Source: Promethearchaeota archaeon
Lineage (GTDB): Archaea > Asgardarchaeota > Hermodarchaeia > Hermodarchaeales > Hermodarchaeaceae
DNA length: 32,000 bases
Assembly: GCA_048938295.1 (NCBI GenBank)
Contig: JBHLMI010000015.1
Coordinates: 27,025 to 59,024, forward strand
Reading direction: 5' to 3'
Shown here: positions 8,852 through 17,465 of the stretch, in pieces
How the letters are laid out: every line of letters begins with the position of its first letter
How positions within the stretch are numbered: position 1 is the first letter of the stretch
Program-made: the position numbers and the translations under genes
Notes under the pieces: generated by a model
Seen by the model: only the letters and a program-made list of their open reading frames with translations
Told to the model about the DNA's origin: nothing
Database searches by the model: none

Positions 8852-9436
8852 TTACAACCTCAATTCCATAAGTTCCCGTGTTGACATTGATCCCTTTAAC
8901 ATAAAGAACCGGTACCCAAGAATCAGGAGAACCAGAACGAGTATTCCTGTTATCAGCATCAACACAGCCTCGATGACGATGTCGAATCCTGGTGTAAGTA
9001 AATGCGCAGAGTAGACTAGTATTGATAGACTGACAGCAGTTTTACGTAAATCTGTCTTTACAACTAGTCCAAAGATGCCGATGAGTATCAGAGGCCTTGC
9101 AATCCCGGACGCTGCTAAAACGTATACTGAGGTAACATAGCTAATGATGATTAGGATGACGAGTACACCAATTGAAGGGATGACCTGAAGTAATGGGGGT
9201 TCTTCTGTGTACTTGGTATACACAGTTGTAATGAATAGAGCCATAGGTAGGAGAACAATGGAGTATACAGCCAGGGGAAGTATTTCGATGAAAGCTCCAT
9301 CAAGAAAAGCACCAACGGTGAGAAGTCCGCCGAGGATTCCAAGAAGTACTGAAACGAGGCGAAACTCATTAATCTCGATAATCGCGGCGGCAATGATAAG
9401 GATAAGGAGACCAATAATCAGGTTCACGTCTCCCAC
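8852..9436 (-). CDS. HyfE-like membrane subunit (NuoJ/NuoK-like segments)
   Basis: About 6 TM segments; LILIGIFGLVVKTDLRKTAVSL resembles NuoK/HyfE; C-terminus KGSMSTRELMELRL resembles the HyfE tail; operon context. Confidence 0.65.
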   Translation of the reverse strand: MGDVNLIIGLLILIIAAAIIEINEFRLVSVLLGILGGLLTVGAFLDGAFIEILPLAVYSIVLLPMALFITTVYTKYTEEPPLLQVIPSIGVLVILIIISYVTSVYVLAASGIARPLILIGIFGLVVKTDLRKTAVSLSILVYSAHLLTPGFDIVIEAVLMLITGILVLVLLILGYRFFMLKGSMSTRELMELRL

Positions 9437-9990
9437 CTCCGCGTGTAAAATTTCTGCGTATGAGTATTCAGTTCATAACTCCGCTTTTTACGGCACTCGC
9501 CACAAAGGGTCTTATATTTGGGAAGATCTCTAGCCACTTCTTCCTTAACTGATGCATCAACGTTTGCCAGAATTCGTTCTTCAATTTTGTCTAAGTGTTT
9601 ACGTGTGGAGATTGCATCTCCACATTGGGAACATCGAACCAATTTAAATTCAATCTTGACTTCTGCATCTTTCTTGTCCGTTGTCGCAAGTTCAAACTGC
9701 TCAGTTAAGCTGACACCATCTTCGGGACAAATATCCTCACAACGACCACAAAACACACAACGTGGGTAGAAAATCCTAAGTGTCCGTGAATCCTCCTCAT
9801 CTTTCATCGAAATCGCGTTTGCTGAACAACAGGCCACACACGCTCCGCATCCGATGCAGTTTTCATCATTGAATTGGGGCAGTCCTCGAAGCCCTGGAGG
9901 CATGTGGCTGGGGGGGCCATGGGGGTACTTGGTGGTGGCTGGTTTGAAAAATGCCTTCAATGCTTCTTTTATCGCTGTGATTTTAACCAT
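9424..9990 (-). CDS. 2x[4Fe-4S] subunit (NuoI/HycF/EchF-like)
   Basis: PATTKYP, RGLP, CIGCGACVACC, CVFCGRCEDICP, plus C-terminal CSQC...CGEC. Confidence 0.92.
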   Translation of the reverse strand: MVKITAIKEALKAFFKPATTKYPHGPPSHMPPGLRGLPQFNDENCIGCGACVACCSANAISMKDEEDSRTLRIFYPRCVFCGRCEDICPEDGVSLTEQFELATTDKKDAEVKIEFKLVRCSQCGDAISTRKHLDKIEERILANVDASVKEEVARDLPKYKTLCGECRKKRSYELNTHTQKFYTRRWET

Positions 9991-9991
9991 T

Positions 9992-10981
9992 TTAAAATCC
10001 CACCAACACGCGAATTAAGGAGAAGAGGGCAAAGGCCAGGCATACAGTTAGGAACCATCTGAACACGTGATCTATCCGGTACCTTGCGCTAGCGACATGG
10101 ACAATCGTCATAAGAATAACGATGAGAAAGCACTTAGCTAGAAAGATGAGAAGGTCAAAGGGGAAGATGAAGCCTAAACCTCCACCTAGATACAGGTCGA
10201 CAAACAGAGCAGTAAAGACATAGAACCGAAACAGCCGTGCAAGTTCAAAGATGCCAAGGAGGGGTCCACCATACTCCGTTAATGGTCCTGCAAAGATTTC
10301 TTGCTCGGCTTCAGGTATGTCCCCAAAAGGACGCATCCATGATTTCGTTAATAATGCCAAGAAAAGGGCTATAGCTGCTAGTGGATAATGGAATAGGAAC
10401 CAGTTGGGTAGGATCCAAATGAAGGTGCCCTGTTGGGCTGCAACGACATCAGTGATGGATAATGAGAAACCAAAACCTCCACGTGTAAGGGCTAGCGATG
10501 GAATGAGGAGGGCAATGGCCAGTGGAAGCTCCACACTCAGAATCATCGCCACTTCGCGACTTGCCCCAATCTTCCCCCAAGTGGAGCCTGAGGCCCATCC
10601 AGCAATGACGAAGGCTAGTGAAAACATGACTGAAAAGTACAGAATGACGATAAGGTCAAAGGTTATAGGGGGAAGAATGGGAGGCCAGAATGGAGTTCCG
10701 GGCGGAATCATAAAACTCAGGATAAGAATGGCACTTAGTGCTAGCATTGGTGAGAAGATATATAGGAATTTGTTAGCTAGAGCTGGTATAAACCGTTCCT
10801 TACCGAATAATTTGATGATATCTGCAATGGGTTGATACGCGGGGGGTCCCCTTCGAGCTTGCAACCGGGCTGACAGCTTCCTGAATACCCATGCTGCTCC
10901 CCAACTGAAAAAAAACGCTAGCCCAATCGCCGCGAAATATAGGGTAATAATGAACAGATAAACAAACACAGTTTGCATCAT
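9992..10981 (-). CDS. Membrane subunit NuoH/HycD/MbhM-like
   Basis: RKLSARLQARRGPP..QPIADIIKLFGKE, GASRE, RPFGDIPEAEQE..GPLTEYGG, ARYRID. Start reassigned to ATG 10981 (ATGA overlap with upstream stop). Confidence 0.92.
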   Translation of the reverse strand: MMQTVFVYLFIITLYFAAIGLAFFFSWGAAWVFRKLSARLQARRGPPAYQPIADIIKLFGKERFIPALANKFLYIFSPMLALSAILILSFMIPPGTPFWPPILPPITFDLIVILYFSVMFSLAFVIAGWASGSTWGKIGASREVAMILSVELPLAIALLIPSLALTRGGFGFSLSITDVVAAQQGTFIWILPNWFLFHYPLAAIALFLALLTKSWMRPFGDIPEAEQEIFAGPLTEYGGPLLGIFELARLFRFYVFTALFVDLYLGGGLGFIFPFDLLIFLAKCFLIVILMTIVHVASARYRIDHVFRWFLTVCLAFALFSLIRVLVGF

Positions 10982-12819
10982 ATCCACCCCACGAAGAGCA
11001 ACGAAAGGAGTAGTAAAGCAAAGATGGCGAACCATATAACATACAAGTTCACTAAGCCTGTGTGCGTACGTCTAATCCCATTCAATAATGGTTTGAATGG
11101 ATGTGAAAACACCGTTGATGCAGGTCGCGCCTCATGCACCTTCAAATAGGGATCTTTGAGGGCACCTCCCGTAAAGGGCATGGTCTTCTCATCTGCTTCT
11201 GAGGGCTGAGTGCCACCTTTGATTCGGTAAAGAATGTAACCAACAATTAGACCAATGAAAAGTAAGGTGGCTATCAGGAATAGAAAATCTAAAAACACCC
11301 AGGCGACAGGACTTACTGGTGGGGCGGGTAAAAGGACATTGGTGGCAGGAAAAATTAGCCATACGAGGGCAAGTTGTGGAAGAATCCCGAAGAGAATGCA
11401 ACCGGCTGCCAAAATTATGGACGGGGCAACCATGCTTCTTGGAGCCGGATGAACGTCAGCATAGGCGCCAGGTGCCTGTCCAAGAAACACGGAGCATAAT
11501 AACCGAAGAAAGACAGCGAAGGTAAATGCAGACGTGAAAATGGCGATTAACGCAAAGACTGGCTGGCCAGCGGCGATACAGGCATTGTAAACCATCCATT
11601 TGCTGATAAATCCATTGAGTAGTGGAACACCGGCAATCGACAGCGATCCAATAAGCATCACGTAACCCGTAGTAGGCATCGCTCTGAGTAACCCACCTAG
11701 CTTGTTGATGTCTCGGGTCCCAGTTTCGTGCTCAATCGCCCCAGCACTAAAGAAGAGCACTGACTTGAAGAGACTATGGTTCAACAAATGGAAGATTCCT
11801 GCCGTGATACCACCAGCAGCCACAGCCAGCCATAAGGGATCTGCAAGCAGGTTATAGTAGGTAATGGCCAATCCACCAATGCCAAGTCCAAGGATCACAT
11901 AACCCATCTGGCTCACACTGTCGAAGGCGAGGAGCCGCTTCAAATCATCTTGGGCAAAGGCGATGATGACACATACAAGCATAGTGAGAACGCCCAAAGT
12001 GCAAATTAGCACCCAGAAAGTAACACTAACGAAAAACGAGTAGAACAAGAGCAGCATCAAAAATGCGGGCATCCCCGCCACCTTTATCATCATCGTGTGG
12101 AGCAGTGTGCTGATGGATGCGGGGGCAACAGTGGATGCATCGGGAAGCCAGGTGTGGATTGGGAAGGACGGTACCTTCACCAGAAATCCGAGAAAGATCA
12201 AAAATAGTGACAATTTCCCGACGAATCCTGTCAGTATTCCAGAGGTGAGGAGGAACTCGATGCTAAAGACCCCGATTCCAACAAAACCAAATCCTAGCGT
12301 TTCCTGGTAGATAAATCCAAGTCCAACGACTACGAAGACGGAAGCAAATATCTGAATGATAAGGTACTTAACTCCCCCCTCAATAGACGTTGATTTCAAA
12401 TGATGTACGATTAGGAAAGTTGAGGTGATGGTTGCCAGCTCAGCAAATACAAAGACCCAAAACAGGTTCCAACTGTATGCCATGCCCACAAGACTCCCTA
12501 TAGTCCACAGCACAAACATACTATAGGAACTTCGACGGTGCTCGATGTAGCGAATTGAGTAGATGACAACGAGGAACCCAATGAAAGTGGCAATGAGCGC
12601 GATGAGATTTGTGTAACCATTGACCGTGAAATCTAATCTAAAAACATCGGATAAGGTAATCCATAAAGGAAACGGGAGAAAATTCAAGATGACTGAAAGG
12701 AGGGCAAATCCCGTCGCAAGAATGGCAATGGCATCGTTCGCCCTCTTGACCCTCAGACCGATAAGGCCGAGGGCGGCAGCAAGGTATAAGACGATGATGA
12801 TAATTGCAGGATCAATCAT
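10978..12819 (-). CDS. Proton-translocating antiporter-like subunit (HyfB/HycC/MrpD/NuoL-N family)
   Basis: 613 aa, many TMs; FVFAEL, GGVKYL, GFLVKVPSFPIHTWLPDA, KRLLAFDSVSQMGY, FHLLNHSLFKSVLF, LGGL, PLLNGFISKW. Confidence 0.92.
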   Translation of the reverse strand: MIDPAIIIIVLYLAAALGLIGLRVKRANDAIAILATGFALLSVILNFLPFPLWITLSDVFRLDFTVNGYTNLIALIATFIGFLVVIYSIRYIEHRRSSYSMFVLWTIGSLVGMAYSWNLFWVFVFAELATITSTFLIVHHLKSTSIEGGVKYLIIQIFASVFVVVGLGFIYQETLGFGFVGIGVFSIEFLLTSGILTGFVGKLSLFLIFLGFLVKVPSFPIHTWLPDASTVAPASISTLLHTMMIKVAGMPAFLMLLLFYSFFVSVTFWVLICTLGVLTMLVCVIIAFAQDDLKRLLAFDSVSQMGYVILGLGIGGLAITYYNLLADPLWLAVAAGGITAGIFHLLNHSLFKSVLFFSAGAIEHETGTRDINKLGGLLRAMPTTGYVMLIGSLSIAGVPLLNGFISKWMVYNACIAAGQPVFALIAIFTSAFTFAVFLRLLCSVFLGQAPGAYADVHPAPRSMVAPSIILAAGCILFGILPQLALVWLIFPATNVLLPAPPVSPVAWVFLDFLFLIATLLFIGLIVGYILYRIKGGTQPSEADEKTMPFTGGALKDPYLKVHEARPASTVFSHPFKPLLNGIRRTHTGLVNLYVIWFAIFALLLLSLLFVGWI

Positions 12820-12826
12820 TGTACAC

Positions 12827-14047
12827 TCATCTGAAGGGCTTAGATAGGTCTCGCATTGTTCCGGTTCTATGGATCTGGGTTCTGTAATCGGTTACGCTAC
12901 ATATCCGATCGGTGCAGGCCATGCACGGATCGACGGATGCTACTGTGATGGGAACATCGGCTAAGGATTCTCCTGGGAGCATGAAGAGTAACGCATAATC
13001 GTTAAGGTAAGAGGGAGTTCGGACCCTGGCTCGCTCAGGTATATTGGTCCCGTTTGAAACGAGGTAGTACATTAGTTCTCCACGAGGCGCCTCAACCCGA
13101 CCCACAGCCTCTCCAACTGGGAATTCCTTTACTTCTGCGCGAATAGGTCCACCGACGGTTTTTAATTTATCCAAACACGATTGGCTAATTTTCACGGATT
13201 CTACGAGTTCGCCTAATCGAACCAGGACCATTGAAAAGATGTCACCATCCTCTGCGGTAATGATGTCAAATGGAATCTCATCATAGGCGGCGTAGGGATC
13301 ATCCTTTCGGACATCAATAGCCATTCCCGTCGCTCGTGCTACTGGGCCCACAACGCTAATTTTTCTAGCAATTTCTTTGTCGAGAGTGCCAATTCCCTTT
13401 GTTCGTGCTCGAATTCCTCCATCTTCTAGAACTGCTTTAGTTGCCGTCTCTGTTGCCTTATGAAGTACCCTCAGCTTCTCTTCGATTTTTAGAATCATAT
13501 CTTTGTCGATGTCCCTTCGAACGCCCCCAATGGTATTCATTGCATAATGTTGACGGTTTCCTGAAATCGCTTCGAGCACGTCAAGGACATGTTCTCGGTC
13601 CCGCCAAATCAACATGAACAGGGTTTTGAAACCAATAAGCTCCATCCCAACGCCAGCCCATAATAGGTGGCTGTGGATTCTTTCTAGCTCAGCGATCAAG
13701 GTACGGATATACCGCGCGCGATCTGGAAGCTCAATTCCACCGAGCATTTCAGCAGTTTGAGTATAGGCGGTTGTGTGAGCAGCACTACAAATGCCACAGA
13801 CACGTTCAAAGAGGTAAATGTTCTGATAATAACTGCGAGATTCAGCCAGCTTCATGATACCCCGATAATTATAACCAAGCTTCAAGTCTACATCCAGAAC
13901 TTTTTCGCCTTCAACTTTCAACTTGAAGTATTCCCCTTCAAGGAGCGCCGGATGAAAGGGACCCACTGGCACAACGTATTCAGGCGCTGTGACTTTATCG
14001 ATTTGCATGGGAATGGTTTCCCTTTTTGGTTTCTTTGGTGTTCGCAT
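12827..14047 (-). CDS. Group 4 (membrane-bound) [NiFe]-hydrogenase large subunit
   Basis: All four Ni-binding Cys present: L1 ERVCGICSAAH, L2 DPCMACTDR followed by a ~25-aa extension; GPFHP, GRVEAPRGE, RVRTPS. Confidence 0.95.
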   Translation of the reverse strand: MRTPKKPKRETIPMQIDKVTAPEYVVPVGPFHPALLEGEYFKLKVEGEKVLDVDLKLGYNYRGIMKLAESRSYYQNIYLFERVCGICSAAHTTAYTQTAEMLGGIELPDRARYIRTLIAELERIHSHLLWAGVGMELIGFKTLFMLIWRDREHVLDVLEAISGNRQHYAMNTIGGVRRDIDKDMILKIEEKLRVLHKATETATKAVLEDGGIRARTKGIGTLDKEIARKISVVGPVARATGMAIDVRKDDPYAAYDEIPFDIITAEDGDIFSMVLVRLGELVESVKISQSCLDKLKTVGGPIRAEVKEFPVGEAVGRVEAPRGELMYYLVSNGTNIPERARVRTPSYLNDYALLFMLPGESLADVPITVASVDPCMACTDRICSVTDYRTQIHRTGTMRDLSKPFR

Positions 14048-14479
14048 CTACCCCACCTCCTCCGACGGCCAGGCGTAGGGGAGAAACAGTTTCCGGGGAT
14101 CAGGGTGACCTTCGAATATGATCCCTAGTAGGTCCATTAGCTCCCTTTCAGCCCAATTAGCTGACCAAGCAATCTCGGTGATTGAATCGATAATAGGTTT
14201 TTTTCGTGGTAGCCGGACCTTCATAGCGAGATGTAGACCTTTTTCTTGATGGGAAAAATCAAAGTGATAGACGAGATCGAAACCGTGTAGTCCTTCATCG
14301 TTCGCTGAAATTGCAACTAATCGTCCATCCAGTTTCTCAACTAATAATCGTGCAATTGAGCGAATATGCTGCGATTTAGATCGGACAAAGACTCGTGAAT
14401 ACTTGTCAGTTTTTTCATCCTTATAGTCGTCATTAACTAAGGCGATTAATTGCCCTCGAATCTCATCCATCCGACCCAT
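14048..14479 (-). CDS. NuoC/EchD/MbhK-like subunit
   Basis: RLVAISA, LVYHF, DSITEIAWSANWAERELMDLLGIIFEGHPDPRKLFLP. Confidence 0.9.
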   Translation of the reverse strand: MGRMDEIRGQLIALVNDDYKDEKTDKYSRVFVRSKSQHIRSIARLLVEKLDGRLVAISANDEGLHGFDLVYHFDFSHQEKGLHLAMKVRLPRKKPIIDSITEIAWSANWAERELMDLLGIIFEGHPDPRKLFLPYAWPSEEVG

Positions 14480-15355
14480 TTAGTTCTCCTCCATCATAAG
14501 TTTAGCAAGAAGGGCATCGGTTTTCACGCGATGCTTGTCCACACCAATTTCCTGAGGTCGGAACCCCAGACTTAGTGCCATTAGTTCCGTGAGAGTAAGC
14601 ATTGGGATATCATAGTGTAGTCCCTGTCGTTTCAGTAGCAACTGGGCCTTCTCTAACACATCAAAACAACCAGGACAGACTGTCACCATGCAATCCACCT
14701 TGGCTTCCTGCATCTTTGCTAATTTGAACTTGGCGCGTTCTTCCATCGCTTCATCCATGGAATATAATGACAATGGAAACCCACAACAGAGCTTCTCAGC
14801 TCCATACTCTATCACCTTAACCCCTAGAGTCTCAATAATATCATCAAAGTAGGAGATGAATTTACTCGCGGGGCTTTTGTACAGTTTACAACCATATTGA
14901 ATCCCGACCTTCAGTTTCGACAATGGCTTTTTAATTGAGGCTTTTAGGAGCTGTAGACCAACATCCTCAACAATTACTTCGAGAAAATGTTTGACCTTGA
15001 CTTTGCCCTCTACACTTTTATCAATTAGCGAAAGATGTGAGTTTACCTCCATCAACAATTCTGGGTCATTCGCAATGGCTTCCCGTACCTCGTACAAAGT
15101 TTCCCAGCATCCATTACATAGCGCTAGAATATCTTCACCTAAGCATTCTGCCAGAGCAAGGTTTCGTGCAGACACATATAACCAAGTATCGTGATCCGCT
15201 AGACGAACAATTTCGGGTACTGGACAGCACGTAGCCCCTTCCATGTCGATTAATTTTATTTTCAAGAGTGGAGCAATTCGTCGTAGGGACGCCTCTGCAA
15301 ATGGCTGCATTGAAGGAATATAACAACCTAAGAAGAGTGCGTAATTTCTGATCAT
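14480..15355 (-). CDS. hdrB: Heterodisulfide reductase subunit B-like protein (two CCG domains)
   Basis: Two complete CCG motifs: C-x31-CC-x35-C-x2-C (FLGC..ATCCP..LCNGC) and C-x33-CC-x35-C-x2-C (YGC..LCCG..VCPGC); SARNLALA. Confidence 0.93.
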   Translation of the reverse strand: MIRNYALFLGCYIPSMQPFAEASLRRIAPLLKIKLIDMEGATCCPVPEIVRLADHDTWLYVSARNLALAECLGEDILALCNGCWETLYEVREAIANDPELLMEVNSHLSLIDKSVEGKVKVKHFLEVIVEDVGLQLLKASIKKPLSKLKVGIQYGCKLYKSPASKFISYFDDIIETLGVKVIEYGAEKLCCGFPLSLYSMDEAMEERAKFKLAKMQEAKVDCMVTVCPGCFDVLEKAQLLLKRQGLHYDIPMLTLTELMALSLGFRPQEIGVDKHRVKTDALLAKLMMEEN

Positions 15356-15365
15356 TTACTGGTCC

Positions 15366-15632
15366 CTATTCGTCTCTTTCTTCCCACATAGCCTTGTCAT
15401 AAAGCTCGGTGCTTTTCACTAACTCTTTTAGTTCGCGCCGTGCTTTTTCATCCTGATAGGCTGTTGGAGGTTTCCGGTTGATCCCCAGGTCCTCTCGAAT
15501 CCTTTCCCGTGTGGATGCGAGTTTTGGGACATGACCCACTCTAATGATATTAACGATTGGATTTTTGAACGATTTTGGAAGTGTCTTTACTTTCTTTCTC
15601 CAAGGATAGAGGGTGAGTTCATCGTCACTCAT
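15366..15632 (-). CDS. 88-aa protein resembling only the C-terminal region of HdrC (no Fe-S motifs)
   Basis: True start likely ATG 15632 (8-nt overlap with ferredoxin stop, GGGAG upstream). VNIIRVGHVPK..RERIREDLGINRKPPT..EKARRELKELVKST resembles the HdrC tail pattern (GH.VP...R..LGL...PPT...A..E...); directly upstream of hdrB; no Cys. Similarity judged from memory. Confidence 0.65.
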   Translation of the reverse strand: MSDDELTLYPWRKKVKTLPKSFKNPIVNIIRVGHVPKLASTRERIREDLGINRKPPTAYQDEKARRELKELVKSTELYDKAMWEERDE

Positions 15633-16101
15633 TAAGTTTTGACTCCCAGATGTTTTTGGCCTCTCGTCTTGACATGACTTGTAAAGCTCCGGTACTACAA
15701 TATTCAGCGCATCGTGGCTCTCCATCGCAGAAGTTGCATTTATTGCTGATACCCAATGACTGCTCGAAAACAGGAACAGCGATTGGGCAGGCAAAATTAC
15801 ACGATCTGCAGCCAATACAGCGCATCTGATCTATTGTAACATATCCTTTATCTGGATCCTTCATAATCGCTTTCGGTTTAGTTGGACAGGCTAGTTCACA
15901 TAGTGGATGCTCACAATGCGTGCAGTGAGCGTTAACAAAACGATTCAACCCCTCATCTTGTGGAAGCACCCTGAGATAGGCTTTTTCCAAATTGGCTTCT
16001 TCATGATGGTAAAACGAACAGGCTATCATGCAATAGTAGCAGCCAGAACACTTCTCTGAGTCATACACCAATACTTTTTGCTTTAGAAATTCATCCGACA
16101 T
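15625..16101 (-). CDS. 4x[4Fe-4S] electron-transfer protein (HycB/HydN/DmsB/CooF-like)
   Basis: 16 Cys in four groups: CSGCYYCMIAC, CTHCEHPLCELAC, CIGCRSCNFAC, CNFCDGEPRCAEYC. Start reassigned to ATG 16101. Confidence 0.9.
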   Translation of the reverse strand: MSDEFLKQKVLVYDSEKCSGCYYCMIACSFYHHEEANLEKAYLRVLPQDEGLNRFVNAHCTHCEHPLCELACPTKPKAIMKDPDKGYVTIDQMRCIGCRSCNFACPIAVPVFEQSLGISNKCNFCDGEPRCAEYCSTGALQVMSRREAKNIWESKLNE

Positions 16102-16142
16102 TCGGGTCCTTCCACGGGTAAGTCTCCATGTCGGAGTAATAC

Positions 16143-16170
16143 GTATGGCATACACCTATAAATGTATAAA
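16143..16170 (-). promoter_or_regulatory. Possible internal promoter/operator between hydA and the ferredoxin gene
   Basis: Two TTTATA hexamers on the minus strand (16157-16162, 16165-16170) and inverted repeat GTATG-G-CATAC (16143-16153) in the only large gap of the cluster. Confidence 0.4.
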
Positions 16171-16184
16171 CAGCACACACGGTT

Positions 16185-17465
16185 CTAAATCGCATGTAAG
16201 TAATGTACGGAGCAAGAAATGCACGGGTCGTAGGCTCGAATGAGCATATTGAGCTTCAATTCAGCTTCTTCTTTTGATAAATCTTGGAATGTGGCAGCAA
16301 GTACTCGAATGTCTGCTTCAATGTTGGCATAATTCATGGCGGTGGGGGTGATTACATCTGCGGATGTCACCATCCCCCTTGCATCGAAGGTATATCGATG
16401 GATGAGTACACCTCGTGGAGCTTCAACTGCAGCAGCACTCGTTCCAGCCCGGATCTCGTGTTTCGCCACATGAGGTTCTAATTTTGCCATTCTAAGCTCA
16501 TCGATGATTTCAATGGCATGTTCAAGATAATGCAGGTACTCGATGGCCTGACCGATGTTCATTTGGAAAATATCATAGCTAGGCAGTTTTAAGCTGATTT
16601 TTTGTATCATCTGTTTTGCGTTATCAGAAAGTTGATCATGTGCCACGTTCAATCGGGCGAGTGAGCCAACCACAAAGGGTGTGCCTTTGATTTCACTAAA
16701 TTTTGCATGCGCGTAGGGCACGTTTCGTTCTTTTATGATAGTTTGATATTCAGGAACAGAAGTTTGGAGTCCCTTATCTGTGACCAGTGGTCCGTCATGA
16801 ATCGGGTATTCCTTGGGGTGCTTGACCGCTAGATATTGGCTTCGCCTTACAAGTTGTGGGTCGGTGAAATTTGCCATCAATTCAATCTGTGCCTGTGCAT
16901 CAGGGATTGCAGCTTGAAGCCGTTTCTTCATCGACTCTAATTGTAGGAGTGAGGGAACATGTGTAAATCCGCCCACAACTGCACAGAGGGGGTGTGTGTG
17001 CCTTCCTCCGGCAAGTACCATAAGATCGTTTCCAAGTTTTTTGAGCTGTAATGCTCGTTTTACTTCCGTTTGATATTTCGGGAGCATTTCCACTACATTT
17101 CGGGCTCCGACATAATCCGGGAGTGCAAGAAAGTTAATATGGAGCGCGTGGCTCTCAAGCATATCTCCTAGCAACATGAGTTTGCGAAGTTGAATAGTTT
17201 GGTGACTTGTTTCGATCCGTAATGCAGCTTCCACAGCCCGTAATGCAGCTACGGCATGGGAGTGGCTGCAAATACCACAGATGCGGGACATGATGTGGGA
17301 GACTTCAGCGAAGCACTGATTTCTTAGGAATGCTTCGAATAGGCGAGTTCCTTCGGTGACACGCATTTCGACAAGTGGCTCTTTGCCCTGTTGCACCTCT
17401 ACAAAGAGGTCACCATGCCCTTCGACTCGGGCTAAATGATGGATGTCGAATTTTGCTACAACCAT
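16185..17465 (-). CDS. hydA: Group 3b [NiFe]-hydrogenase (sulfhydrogenase) large subunit alpha
   Basis: ARVEGHG, RLFEAFL, L1 RICGICSHSH, EAPRGVLIHRY, ITPTAMN, L2 IRAYDPCISCSVH. Confidence 0.96.
   Translation of the reverse strand: MVVAKFDIHHLARVEGHGDLFVEVQQGKEPLVEMRVTEGTRLFEAFLRNQCFAEVSHIMSRICGICSHSHAVAALRAVEAALRIETSHQTIQLRKLMLLGDMLESHALHINFLALPDYVGARNVVEMLPKYQTEVKRALQLKKLGNDLMVLAGGRHTHPLCAVVGGFTHVPSLLQLESMKKRLQAAIPDAQAQIELMANFTDPQLVRRSQYLAVKHPKEYPIHDGPLVTDKGLQTSVPEYQTIIKERNVPYAHAKFSEIKGTPFVVGSLARLNVAHDQLSDNAKQMIQKISLKLPSYDIFQMNIGQAIEYLHYLEHAIEIIDELRMAKLEPHVAKHEIRAGTSAAAVEAPRGVLIHRYTFDARGMVTSADVITPTAMNYANIEADIRVLAATFQDLSKEEAELKLNMLIRAYDPCISCSVHYLHAI

Noticed and set aside
14048-14050. Pyrrolysine readthrough of the TAG between nuoC-like and large-subunit genes
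   Set aside because: Strong RBS (GGAGGTGG) and an immediate ATG explain the junction; no pyl genes in the window.
15622-15627. Selenocysteine readthrough at the ferredoxin TGA
   Set aside because: Another TGA follows one codon later and no Cys-type motif context; no in-frame TGA in either hydrogenase large subunit.
15633-15815. N-terminal 61 codons of the 149-aa ORF in the track
   Set aside because: Overlaps the ferredoxin gene out of frame; ATG 15632 has an RBS and a typical coupling overlap.
16185-16202. Very short C-terminal extension (YLHAI) after DPCISCSVH
   Set aside because: Short extensions of a few residues are normal for group 3b large subunits.
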